From Octopus sinensis (taxonomy: Eukaryota), in NCBI RefSeq assembly GCF_006345805.1, contig NW_021836131.1, forward strand, positions 1 to 64,000: 64,000 nucleotides of DNA. Direction: 5' to 3'. Of the stretch, positions 49,377 to 62,705 are shown piece by piece. The notes beneath the pieces are model-generated. The model saw nothing but the letters and a program-made list of their open reading frames with translations. It made no database searches and was not told where the DNA came from. Position numbers and translations under genes: made by a program. Every line of letters starts with the position of its first letter. Position 1 is the first letter of the stretch.

Positions 49377-50949
49377 AATTTATTTCAAAATCTGATTTAT
49401 AATTTTGATTTTTAATAACAAAATTAAATGATACATTTTAGAAATAGGTATGATAAAGTTCGATTTCCGATTAGGAAAAATTTTGATGGTCTTTTACAAG
49501 TTAGGGTCCAGATCCATTAAAGCATGCCGTATCACGTGACGGATGCTGGTACGCCGGATATTTAAGACTTAATCTTATCAAATAAATACGGACTAAGTTT
49601 AGAAAAATTCGGGTTAGACTTTGTACCCGATTTGGCAATAATTTACGTTCTTATGAGGGCACAGGTAAAATAAGAACTTTTACTGTGTTATTAGAATATT
49701 TACTGACTCGTTTTTGATTTTATTACAAAATTTAAATACAATTCCAATTTTGGTAGAAATGATCTGCATAATTTTTATCTTAACCTTTGATTGATTTAAA
49801 ATCACTCTCTAGAATGTGATGTTTATTGAATTTTTCGAATCCACCACATTTTAGATTATCTATTAATGTTATTCAGATTTCAAAAATTCATATTAAATTT
49901 CCTTTTTTTTATCTTTTATATATTTAACAGATAAAAAGTAAAAGAATTAATTGAAAGCAGTGGTTTAGGCATTAGCCCTGATTATATTACTATTATAATA
50001 GTTTTTTTGAAAAGAAGATTATCACAAATAAGGAATTTGATACCAGATTAACAAATATTGAATTTGATAAATTATTTAAGATAAAAAAATCAATTTAAGC
50101 CCGAATCATTCCAATCAAAAGGAGGCAAAAATCTACAAGCGCAACAATATTTAAAATTACAGATCAGCAGGATTTGGCATTTCATTTAATTCACTAAATG
50201 AATTAAAATAAACAAAAATTATACGCAAATGCAGCAGGGTTTCTAACTAATCTATAAATTTTAGAAATAATAATTTCAAGACATACGCTGGAAATACAAA
50301 ATACATAATTTGTAATGGTTGTTGTTCAGATGACTCCTATATAAATAAAAATTAAATAATATTTACTTGGATTGTGTTATTATTCTCCTCTAGTTGAGAA
50401 AAGGCTGTGCGTTCTAATTCCTAAATATAATTAAATTGAAAACACCGGGGGAGGCTTGACCATTTTCTCAAAAATATGCGCTATTTTAAGTATTAATAAT
50501 AATTTATAAACGGAATGATAGTGATTACGAAATTGTGCTATTTTTAAATTTCTAAATACAAAATCATTTTTATTAATAAACATGGTGTCGTCTAATTTGC
50601 CGGAATAGAAATGTTCAGTTTTTTGACGCACAAAAAGTCATTTTATCAACTCCCAAAAAATTTCTCTTTGGAAAACAATGATTCTTGATCACGGAAATCG
50701 GAAATTATAAGAAACATGATAAGAATTGTTTTTATCACTAAATTATTATCATTAGAAAAAAAGTTGAATTTATTCGTTGCGTTAAATGTTCAGTCCCTTC
50801 ACCTAAGTTTGTTTCACTGTTATAAATCTCATTTTAAACGGGCCGGATCTCTTGATCAATCCAGTAAAGAATATAGTCACATTAATAGATCCTAAAGAAT
50901 AATTTTAGCATGATTTTTAGGTATTCTTTAAAATAATTTGCATTCTTTA

Positions 50950-51100
50950 AAATAGTTTAGTTAGTTAGTTAAAGCCGTAATCAGCCGTGTCCGGCCATTG
51001 GCTGATCCTGAGTTGTCAAATGCCTCCACGAGTTCGAGTCCAAAGTAGAGATCGTCCGCGAGTCCCCGTCCTGTGATGGAAATCCTCTTGTCAAATTGTA
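50950..51100 (-). mobile_element. LINE 3' end with (TAAC)n tail
   Basis: GC-rich terminal coding remnant (..DSNSWRHLT..) followed by taactaactaac on the minus strand. Confidence 0.35.
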
Positions 51101-52831
51101 AAATAGTTTAGTAAATATTAAATAAAAGACATGCAAAGATTAGTGAAATCGCCAAATTAATTTTAATCAATGAACTATGATGATTGTGGTTTAATAAATG
51201 AAAGTTTGTTTGTCTTTATTTCGAAATTTAGTATAGATATTATTTTGTGACAAAATTTTAGTACAAATAAATTTGTGTGGACAATACCGAATGATACAAC
51301 CAACCATAATCAAAAAATCATAGATAACAGCAATCGCTATAAAAAAGGAAATAAATTTTAAAGCACAATTCTTGTGTATCATATAATTCATAAGAAATGA
51401 TAAATACGAGAAAAAACAATTTTACTTTTCAAAAAAAACTTTCGAAAATGACTGGCATTTGTGGCATTTAACAGTGACGAATATTCTACTCACTCCTCCA
51501 AGACCTTTGTAGTAAAATTTAATATTGCATTAAAGAAATTGGTGTTGTGATTAAACGTATATAATCGGTGGGATTCATTGCATTGTATAAAGTTGAAGAC
51601 TCTGGAATTTATAATTTCCATTTTAAGATAACTAATTATATTTAATTCATTAAATAACGTTCTATTTCTTTAATTATTTTGTTATTCACTTTTTTCAAAT
51701 TTTTTGTTACATTTTTTGATGTTTAAATGTTATCAATTAAGTTCAGAAAATTGCTTAGTAATTAAAATAGCCTAAAAAATGGTCAATAACAATCAGTTAC
51801 CAAGCTTTGCACTGTAATCAAAAATAAAATTAAAAACTGAAATAATCATAATGAAATGGTGTCACATGTCTAGACAGCTTGAAGACAAAAACTTGTCTTT
51901 GTGTGAAAAGCAACAGTTAACATTATGCTTTGTGTGATAACACGGACGGACATGTCACCAAGTGCCACAATTATGACCCTCTCAATTAAAATTTTGATTA
52001 AATGTGTTTGAGAAAACCGCTGAACTATACCTTCTTTATGGTATTCACTTTACGTTGAAACCATTATGAGTGGAGAGGGTGTCAAAACTCTGTTAATTTT
52101 TTAATTTATAAATATTAATTTTTTTTAAATCCTAAAAACTACTTTAATACTAATATAATTAAAATCGTTAAAACTACTTTATCATTAGCGGTACTATATT
52201 TAGGTTATTACTAACAAATACAACACATTTACGTCTATAATATTTTTTGCAACGCTACTAAAACAATTAATAAAATAACAACTTTCTTTAATAAAAAGTA
52301 GACTGGCAATTAAAATACTATCGACAAAACTGAAAATGGTTACATTTATTTCTTAATTGCATGACTACTAGAATTATTAAAAAAATAATAACCAGCACAA
52401 CGACTAATCACATTATTACAGACACGACAATAACTAAATTGACTACACTATTACAATAAGAACCAACAAAAAAGAATTCAATTACTTTTACAATGAGTAC
52501 AATTAAAACTGCTACCATTGTAAAAATCACTAAAAATGTTGTACCACTTATTGTTGATGAATATTAGTGTTCAATTCGAAATGAAATTCGTTTGTATAGC
52601 AATTCGGCGTCATCGTAGTACACATTGTTGTCGGTGTCTAATCAATTCAACAGAATGATTACATGTTCTTTGGACAAGTTTGCTATCCTTAGAGTATTAT
52701 CAAAACACACTTACGTTTTCTCTTACTAGGTGGATCATAAAATCTCTACAGTAAAATAGGAAATTTAAAAATACATTCAGTCATACCTGAAATGAACTAG
52801 TTAGGGAAACTACAGCGCAATAATAAAGGTA

Positions 52832-53340
52832 CAGTGCGACCTCGAATTGGGGAAATTTTTTTCCAATTTTGAGGCTTTCCCCAGTAAAAAGATTTTTCAT
52901 TAAACTTAGGTCTCTCCTGTTTGATACCCTACCTTAATATAACCGAGACGGATACCTACAATTTTTATTTTTTAATAAACAAATCAGTTAATTTTAATCG
53001 AGTGTTTTGTTTTTTTCTCATCGAACTCATAATATTTGCTTTGAATCTGAATAGATCAAGTAAATTTTCAGGAGTCTCTTACTTAATAACATTTAGCAGC
53101 ATTGTGAATGCGCATTCCGCACTGTTAATAACTTGTTGATCATCCAAATGTTCCAGAAATTGTTCGCTGCAGTCCTCTTCATCACTACTGTTATCATTCT
53201 ATAAACTCTCAAAAATCACATTTTCCACAATATCGGCGAGGTCGCACTGTACATTCATGCGATAGTTTTTAGGAAATATTTCAAAAGAGCTCAGCTGTCA
53301 TCAATGTCCATCTCACAATTGTATCGTCCATTTAATTATC
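52832..53340 (-). mobile_element. Tigger/pogo remnant (TIR plus C-terminal region)
   Basis: TA + CAGTGCGACCTCGAATTGGGG, same TIR family as 57019; acidic tail ending RLKLTDLFIKK*. Confidence 0.55.
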
Positions 53341-54429
53341 TTAAAGTTTTTTCCTTTTTCTTGCAACAAATCATACATACATTAACGCAGTTAAACTAGC
53401 ACACAAGAATAACTGTCTATAACGCATAACTTTATACCTACTATGACTGTTTTTTAACTCAAAGTCAAAACAATCAAAGATAAAAGCTAATTTAGTTAGA
53501 TAACCTTCTCTTTCCATGCATATTACATGCACCCTGGATTGACGAGTGACGCCGTCATCAGTGATTTCACTGCGGAACCGGATGTCTACATCAGCCACAG
53601 CACGAGAGAAAAATAGATGCGGGGGGACAGCTCGTTTGGATTCGTTCGTTTGGATTCGTTCGTTTGGATTAGTTAGTTCCTAATAACATGTTCTCTCTTT
53701 CTATCTTGATCTTATGTGGCTGGCCAGTGCGAGATTTCACATTAAGTTGCGATCTCGCGGAACGGCTGTATTATTTATTTATTTATAACCTTCTCTTATG
53801 CATTTTGATTAAAACACAATCATCTCTTCCTTATCTATCATAGCGGCAACAATTACTGCTCGCCTATTCGCAATAAGTCTCCAAACGTCATCGATAAGTG
53901 TGGCTGGTGTTTTTGAAGTTAAGGAAGTTTTTACATTTGCATTTTCCACACCTTATAGAACAACAATTCACCATTTTCCTGTATTTTTACAAAATCCCCA
54001 GCTAATCACTCTCTGAAAAGAACAAGGTTCTGTTCTGGAAAAAGCAGTAAAGTGTTTCAACCTTGCAAAATTATCTCCGCATAAAGTTAATAAGACGATT
54101 TTGATAACTTAACAAAAATTATTCCAGGTTTTTGTTTATCAAAATAGATTGCGATAACTAAAATTATGTCTGTCACAATAATTCGAGTGGTTTTTGGACT
54201 ACTTTTAACATAATTAACATAACTAACTCATATATTGAGGAAAATTAATCATTTTGATAACTATACTTCAAATTTCCGAATCTTATTGTATTTTGTTAAA
54301 ATTGTAATCTAGCCATCATGTATTTCTAAATTTTAAGTTAGCGGGACCTTCTTGGTTGTATTAAAAACCAAAAAAAGGAGTCTTTCTGGCCCCAAAAACT
54401 AAAAAATAGTTTATGGATCATAGTGCTTA

Positions 54430-55000
54430 ACCGCATACGAGAGCACGTGGAAAAATATTTTTCCCAAAGTCAAAGTAGGTTCAGAAATGAAAGTTCTGTG
54501 TAAGATGTTATATGAAGTCACAGATGGGGTATTAAATATGTTATTATTATTGATTATATGATTATATATCTCGAAACGGCTCTTAGAAAACTGAATACGA
54601 AGTTACTCTATGCAGATGATATATATACTTTGTATCTACTGTCAAGGAAATACTTGATAAAATTCTACTCAAAACCAAAATCATTTTCGAAGAAATATTT
54701 CGCAAACTGACTATACACAAATCGAACAGACTAACTCAAGAAATGATGAATGCTGGAGGCACATAAAAAACTCAGTTCATTATGAGATAATGATAAGAAT
54801 ATTTGTCGAGTAAAATGCTGGCTAACATATAATTAAAAAAATAGAATACGTAAAAATCGAATGAAAATTGCTGACAAAAAAGGATCTAGACAATATTCGA
54901 ATTACGGCCAGAAACAAAGCGGCGTGGGCAAAGATGCCAGGTATGATGGCCAAAATGCATGGTTCAAGAGAAACCGTTTTTGGACTACTCAAAATACGCT
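54430..55000 (+). mobile_element. Highly degenerate non-LTR RT remnant
   Basis: LLYADDI at ~54603 and a downstream ARNKAAWAK segment. Confidence 0.45.
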
Positions 55001-57018
55001 TAACTAACTTACTAATAAAAGAATTTGATAAACCATAGAACAAACTTTTAAGTCGTTGTTTAATGCTTAATTAATCGAGACTCAATAATGTTTGAAAATA
55101 TTCGATTTGATATTTAATGAAAGATTTCCTTGACGGCCAGTATATTTTAAAAAACTTAAATAGAAACACTAATTTATGTAAATAAAAAAAATTTCAATAT
55201 CTTTCTATGTTGTTGGCATATTAATTATCAAATAATTTATTTACCAATTAAGAATTTGCGGTTTATTTTAATTAGTTTTAATCTGTTTTAATTGAAACAC
55301 AATGAGTAAAAAATAAGATATTGACAAATCATTTTAACTCACTAACATTTAACACACGCAGTTAATTTAAAAAATCTAACAAGTTTTTAAAAATATTAAG
55401 AAGAATTAAAAAGATTTTTTGATTAAAAATATATAATTTTATTAAAGAATAGATAAAAGCGAATATAGGGTAATGATAAAATCATGTAGAATCACGTCGA
55501 TCTCGGTTTCTAGAAATAACTGACAATATTTACAGATAACTAAAAAAATCACGTGGAGTAAATGAAACAAAAAATCTTCCTGAAATGAAATTATATTCAC
55601 GTGTTTCCAATAAAATTAACAAAAAATTTTACTCGATAATTATTATCTTGTTGAGAAGAGTTTGTATGTCTTTCAAAGTCCTGAATATTAAATTAACAAC
55701 CGAAAATACCCAAGGAGGTTTGACCATTTATTTATAAATTCAGGATAATATACGCATTAGTCACTATTTATATATGAACGACATAAATTACGGAATAGCG
55801 TTATTCTCGTCTTTATGGTATGGAATTTTTGCGAGAATTAATAATTGTGACCGGTTGACAATGAAAACGTTAAGAAAATGCAAATTTGTGAATAATTTAG
55901 AATTCTTAAAATCACTAATCATTTAAAAGATGAGAATTAATTGATTGTTTTTTTCATTAAAAAATTAGTGACGGCTCGTTTAAGATCGTCACCAGTTTTT
56001 AGTCGGCCGCCAATTCTCGAGTAATCATCACTCGAGCAGATGGGAAACATTGAGAATTGATAATTGATTAAAAATGATTTATATTTATTTGTAAATTTAT
56101 TTTGTGTAAAAATTAAAATAAAATTTTTAGTGCATGCTTTGTATACCTAGTTGTCCACTTTTTGTATTGTTACATTAAATGACCAATGATTATAATATTT
56201 TTTGATATTTAATGATATAATTTACTACGACGATATGATGGTCTTATATTACTGCCTATTTATTTGACCGTGGTTCCTCGGTCTGCTGAGATAGGCAACA
56301 TTATTAGTGTGGTTTCTACTCGGTTTGCAAACAGCTTTCCGAATTTCACCCACTAACAATATATATGATATAGTGGACTCTACTAGAGAACCTCTCTCTA
56401 GAAATGGTGTCGTAAATGTCAGTAAATGATCTTTTCCTTGCTTATCCTTTATAAATATATATGATTCTTTTAATGAAGCGATTAATGGATGAGTAAGGAG
56501 TCCTGAGGGTATAAAAGGACAAGAGGAGAGGTGAAATGTTGCATACATTTTACACACTTTAAAATAACTTTCATTTTATTGATTCTGAAACATCGATAAT
56601 ATTCTTGACGATATTTTGTTAGAACAACAATATTGACTACTATGACAACCTAGATCTTAGCTATTTACGAACTGAAGCAGGAAACGCAATAAAAAGTTTT
56701 TGAAAATATAAAAATGCCATGTGGTTTGTTTTTATTTCTTAAAAAATGTGAAAAGATATTCCACTTAGAAGGTTTAATTATTCAAAAACCCATGATATTT
56801 GTTTTTTCTTTAACACTAAAAATTGAATATCACCCAGCCACCGCTCGTGATTAAATACCGAGTCTTTCTATAGTCGTTTAAAGTTCAATTGATTGTATTT
56901 AAAAATCTTATTTACACCTCATCAATTACATTTTGCGCAACTTGATGATTTGTTGGTTTTGGAAGAGAAGTTTTATAAACATCATTAAGATAACAGTATT
57001 CTTCCAATGTGCTGGGTA

Positions 57019-58542
57019 CAGTTCGACCTCTAAATGGGGCACTAAGTGCCTCAAATCAGAGGTTTCCCCAAAAAAGAGGTTTTTCAAAAAGCTCAATAAA
57101 TAAAGAAAAAGAACATTATTTTTTAAAATAATCAGTTAATTTTTCTCCATATTTATTTTTAATTCCTAACGACACTTTCTTTCTGAATTCATAAAAATCA
57201 TGAAGAGAATCTGGAATCAAATCAAAGATGTTTGTCTCTAAGTTTTCCATCAAACTTAAAATTTGTGATATTGATGGTTCGCAGCTTATATTCTCATAGA
57301 TATTTGGATCATTATCTTCTATTTCATAATGATTCCAGCATCCAATGGTTGAAGTATTGGTGTCGTATTTTTTGGTAAAAATAAAAAATCAACGTTGCTA
57401 AATGTCGATATTTTGTGGCAAGCAGCGTTATCTAATAACATTAAGATTTTTCTTTTTGAATAATCATTTTTTCATTAATTTTTTTGAGCCAGGATATAAA
57501 AATGTCTCTTGTCATCCACGCATTTTGAACGAAGAGTATAAAATTCCATAAATTTCGGGAGAAAATTTTTGAAACATCTAGGATTTCTATATTTTCCGAT
57601 TATTAATGGTTCAAATTTTTCTCCAGTGTAACTACAGCATAGATGGAGAGTAACTTTATCTTTACTCCTTTTAAAGCCCCGTGCCGAATCACCAGTTTTC
57701 ACGAATGATTTACGTGGGGTAAGTTTGATAAAAAGAGAAGTTTCGTCACAATTAAAAATGTTCTCCTTTCCATATTGTTCAACTTTGATATTTAATTCTG
57801 ATAAAAAATTCAAAATTATCGCATGATCAGCAGATGCGGATTCGCCTGACAATGTTCGGAATTTTAATTCATGCCTCTGCTTGAATTTTTCTAACCATCC
57901 ATTTGAAGCTTTAAACTTGTTTAAGGCCATTCTCGAAGAAACAGTTAGGGAAATTTTTTTTAAAAGAGTTCCAGAAACTGGAACATTCTGACCCCTTAGA
58001 CGCTGAAAAATATCAAGGACTTTTTCATCAAATCCGTTTTTATTTTCACTTAATGATGAGGAAAGAAATCCTTTTTGATAAATGGAAGAATATTCTTTTT
58101 TATACAAAAAATAGTTCCCTTGCTAGTATTGTACATTATGGATAATCTCCTCTCAGAATGTTCTTTCTTTAAAAGATGATCAGGAATCTTCAACTTGGTT
58201 TCATAATTCAAAGCAGGGTTGTTAGATTTAAATCATTTGATTTTAATCAACAATAAAAATCAATGATTTAAATCATTAAAAAAAATCAAAAAAATCAAAA
58301 AAATCCTTTGAATTTCAAAGGCATTACACAAGAAATTTGAAATGAAACGTGTCTTAAAATATTTATTTTTTAAATTGGTATAATTAATTTTATTTAATAA
58401 AAAATCAATGCCCCAAATAGAGATGTTAAAATTAATTGATTTGTTATAATTTGGTTTAAAAAATTTATAATGCCCCAAAAGAGTTTTCCCAAAAAAGAGG
58501 TGCCCCACCCCTGGAGGTGCGCCCCAATTAGAGGTCGGACTG
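57019..58542 (-). mobile_element. Tigger/pogo (TIGD4/6-like) DNA transposon, full length, frameshifted
   Basis: TIRs CAGTTCGACCTCTAAATGGGGC / GCCCCAATTAGAGGTCGGACTG with TA TSDs; VPVSG..FKASNGWLEKFKQRH..IFNCDETSLF..SKDKVTL. Confidence 0.92.
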
Positions 58543-60059
58543 TATATGGGAAAGATACTGGGAGTGGTTGTATAATGGTATTGAAGCATTTAAGAGTATC
58601 AGACCTAGGTATTTAGTTTACATCAAGAAATTATTATTTCGAGTTACTAGGCATCTAATGCAGAACACATATTGGTGTTGTTAACCATTATGTTTTTCTT
58701 AAATATCGTCTTTATTCCCTTTCCACTTGATATTAATTTACTAATTCATGGAATACTATTAATCTCGATTTATCTAAGAATTGAAGATATCCGATATTTA
58801 TTATTTTTATCAAAAAATAAAAAGAGTTAGTCTACCTGGGATAAGGACAATCAGTCAACTTATTAATAGGGAAAATGTAAACTGTTATTTATTTTTATAA
58901 AAATAGCATGATGGAAACTCCAGGCTTATTCAGTAAATATTCTGAGTAAAATCATAGAAATATGGAGTCCGCAAGCCATTTTTCTGCTGCTCCACCGGGC
59001 ACCTGATGTAGTGGGCTGATCCCAGACAAGTGACACAAATCATTTCCATTTGTTTAATTAAAGAATACGAACAGTTGATTTAATTAACTGAGAATTATTT
59101 ATTAAAATATAAATACGAACTGAAATTGTTTTATTTTTGGACTGAATGCAGTTGGAAATTTCAAGAAATAAGCAAAAAAGCAATAATTTCTTTATTACGA
59201 CTATCAAATACATACTTCTGCAAAGTTGGTTTTTCGTTATATTCCTCAACAAAAACAAAGTACAGGAATAAGCTTGAAGCTTTTCCGGACAAAAGATTAC
59301 AACTATCCACATTGACCCTGGATATAAAAGGTCTATGTAATCTAAAAAAACAATTACACATGTCACATTAATTTAATTTTGTTACCTTAATAAAAAAGGT
59401 CAAAAATAAGATATTATTAAATATATTTATACACAATTAAATGAGCGAAAATGATTATCATAATCTTAAGCTGCTGATGATCGAGAAGACGTTGCCCCTC
59501 AGGATCGCAATGGATATTTTTTGGAACAACCATTATTAATAAAAAAATATGGTGCCTCAAATTTTTAGAAATCAGTTTTGAAGCTCCAAGCATCATTTTT
59601 TAAACTGCATATAAACAAGAATAAACGTTTTTTTGGAAAAAGATTAACTTATTGCTGATGCCACATGCCCACTTCCATCCCAGTTTCCAGAAGCCGTGAG
59701 CTTGTCCAAGAGGTTCTACTCCCTTTCAATGAACTTTCTTTGAATTTACTGACTTACAAAAATTCTGGACCGCCGCCAAAGTGCCAGCAAGATATCCGTT
59801 TGACCGAGACCTAATCGTTTTCTGGCAATCCCCGCAGATCGAGCTTGTCTTTCTTTCCGACTTTTTAATTTTCTTCTTAAAATATAACATATTTTTCACT
59901 TATTGTGTTTAAAATTTTTTTGAAAATAAGACAAAACCTGTAAATCTACCCACAAAAGAATACGTACAGTTAAAGAATACGCATAGGAAAAAATGAAGCA
60001 GACTGTTGACCATCTAGCAACGCGGTGTGGTAGGATGCTAAACAGTTACTATTTTTGAA

Positions 60060-60350
60060 GAAATAATGAAATGGTTAAGTGTATTCATCTTCACTTATGT
60101 CGAATGTATGGAATTAGACGAGGCAGGAAATTAAAAAGACATGTCGATCCAAAATGTCGAAATCAGAGTTGAAATGTAAATTATCGACTCAAACCTGACA
60201 TTTTTGTGTATGACAAGAGGAAAAAAAGAATAAATTTAATCAAAGTGGGGATTAACTCACCAGATAGTTTAAAGCAAGTTGAAGTGGAGAAATTTCACAA
60301 ATACGACCTGCTTGCAAATGAACTGTCGACCTCTATGAAGCAAAAGTAAT
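60060..60350 (+). mobile_element. R4/Dong-like REL endonuclease fragment
   Basis: KPDIFVYDKRKKRINLIKVGINSPDSLKQVEVEKFHKYDLLANEL (PD-(D/E)xK-type). Confidence 0.8.
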
Positions 60351-61606
60351 TTCGGTATATTCTAGGTATATTGATCCTCTAGGTATATTTATACCATTAT
60401 TCATATTTAGCAAATTTTGATCTAATTATAGAATTTTCGGTACTTTGGCGGCAAAATGGCAAGCAGTAGTGTTGACGATTCGAGTATTAGTTTTGAAGCG
60501 CCAAACAGCATGTTTTAAACCGCATATAAACAAGAATAAACGTTTTTCGGAAAAAATCTGTGTTAGAGTAAGTGCTATGTATAGACAAAAAAATAAAATA
60601 TCCTTTTTAACAAATATCAGATAAATGTCAGAACGACGTTTACAATTTGAAATCAAAAATACGAGCATTATTTTTCTCGACGAATTACGATTTTCAGTTT
60701 TAACAGTAGTAGTAAGTAACAGCGCTAGTGTGAAAACAGAAGCACGTATGTATCTGAGCCTTCACTTGCGCCAGTCACACAAAATAAAGGGAGAACAAAA
60801 AGTGCGAAAAAGACAAAGCAAAAACTGCAGCTCGGGGAGTGCCTCAGAGACGATAAATAGTATATTTAAAAAATGAACCGTACTGAAAATACATTTTGTC
60901 ACAAATTTTTGTCAGAAATATTTAAGATAAAACGTGTTAAAATTATTGAAAATTAGTAATTTTCAACTCAGGGGTGTAAAAAATTCTTTCTTCTTAGTTC
61001 AACCTGACTGACAATAAGGATTTCAGAATGCGTCTGGATTAAAGATGCAGGGTCGTTGATGAAAAGATCCCTGAATCTATCTTAGCTAAGTCTACTGGCA
61101 ATGTCGTTAATGATAATTTGCCTTCAAACGTAAGTTTGAGGTCTAAGTAAATCACATTCTAGTTTTTTGGAAGTTGCTTCCAGGTTACATTGATCCTCTC
61201 GGCATAAGATAACAATAAGGAGTGAAACGCTACATCTTGAGTAAGTCTCGTCCTGTAGCGTCAGATAGTTTGCTGTTCTCTAACTAATTTAGTGACTGAG
61301 GCTGAACTGGTTCTTTTTCAACAGCTTATCAGAGTAAATCTGACTTTTTTACATATATCTTCTCAAGTCTGAGATTTTTAAGGTATTTATATAGATCATA
61401 AAAAATAAGACAATGTAAATAAACTATTTGAAAGAGACAACAAGAGTCTTCAATTAAGAGTTAATCTGGAATAAAATTCTAGTGCAAAATTTCAATTTTT
61501 TGGTTGATCCATACTTTTTAAAAATGCATCAAATTTTTTATTTAAAAATTTTGAAAAATTGTGACAAATTTTAGAATTAGCAAATTTCCATTAAAACTGA
61601 AATTTT

Positions 61607-62018
61607 TTAACAAAAGGCGAATTTAAAGATCGGTGAATTTAAGAATTGCACGATTGCGTCTAACAATTTGTCGAATGCGTTGTCCAAATGGCTCACTTGC
61701 CTTCTCCATAAAAATTCTACAAATTAAATCTGAATATTTAATACCTGCAAAGTATTCACCCATATAGTGGCGTGCGGTTCCTCTTTGTCTCTTATTGCGC
61801 CATTTTGCGTTCCCCCACATTCTATATTTTTGTATATAATTTTTGCTACACGAACCTCTCAACAGTCTGGGTATGTGCACCGGTCTTCGGGTCTACAAAA
61901 TTTCGTCTGCAAATTTATAAATGAATTATAATAAACTTGTGATTAACTGTAAGGTGCACATAACCAAGAGCATTTAGATCTGGGGTTGAATAACCTATTA
62001 GTAAGAATAAAATAATTA
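61607..62018 (-). mobile_element. Merlin (IS1016/ISXO2-like) transposase, 3' exons, with tiny spliceosomal introns
   Basis: Removing 61907-61936, 61822-61855 and 61717-61744 gives an uninterrupted YSTPDLNALGYVHLTVNHKRNFVDPKTGAHTQTVERMWGNAKWRNKRQRGTARHYMGEYFAEFLWRR..FDKLLDAIVQF..*. Confidence 0.88.
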
Positions 62019-62705
62019 CAGTGGGCCCAAAAAGTCATGGCACCACTTAATAAATTTTAGTATTTTACGTTTTTACCCATAAAATATGAAGTATTTTGAC
62101 TTTTAATTATTTTTTTTGAAAAATTCAAAAGATTCTGATTTAGAAAATAATTTTAAATCCTTAAAATATTGATAATTGACAAAGAAAAAACAACTTTTTT
62201 TAATTTTTAGCGTTATTGAAGAATCAAAAAGTGTTGGCACTTTTATATCTACAGTTTTAGTTTAAGTGCATATGATAAGAGAATGTCATTCTGTAAGATT
62301 ATTTCTTTTAAGTTTTTCTTCACAAAAGCTTTGTTGTTACTTAATAACGCATTATCAATATTGATATTACGAAAACAGCCGTTTTTAGCACTACTTTATG
62401 GAAATCGGAAGGAATATTCTTTTGAGCTAAAACAGATGATCGTCAAGTCCCACCAAAAAAAAGTTACAACCAGATTTCCAGACAATTCAATATTCCGAAA
62501 AGTGTAGTAAGGAATATAATAGTCCGTTGGAAAGAACGAGGAAATGTTTGCAATAAATCGAGGTCTGGTGCACCTAAAAAGATATCGAGCCGTTCTCTTT
62601 CAATGATAAAAAGGAGTGTGGCAAATGATCTCAGAATTATTAGAAGCAAGCTGGTAGATGATTTAGAGACCGTGAGAATCAAAGTTGGTTTATCTACGAT
62701 AACTA
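62019..62705 (+). mobile_element. Tc1 element (outer), 5' part
   Basis: TA + CAGTGGGCCCAAAAAG; paired-like HTH EYSFELKQMIV..ISRQFNIPKSVVRNII..RSGAPKKIS. Confidence 0.8.

Noticed and set aside
49530-49560. Imperfect palindrome centred on CACGTG
   Set aside because: Short, isolated and not linked to a recognisable gene start or element end.
51860-52000. In-frame TAA in a Cys-rich frame as evidence for a variant genetic code
   Set aside because: Conserved genes here terminate at TAA, TAG and TGA at the expected positions and have no internal stops after splicing.
55965-56045. Two hairpins around a U-rich tract as a spliced-leader RNA or snRNA
   Set aside because: No canonical Sm site or donor-containing first stem, and single copy in the window.
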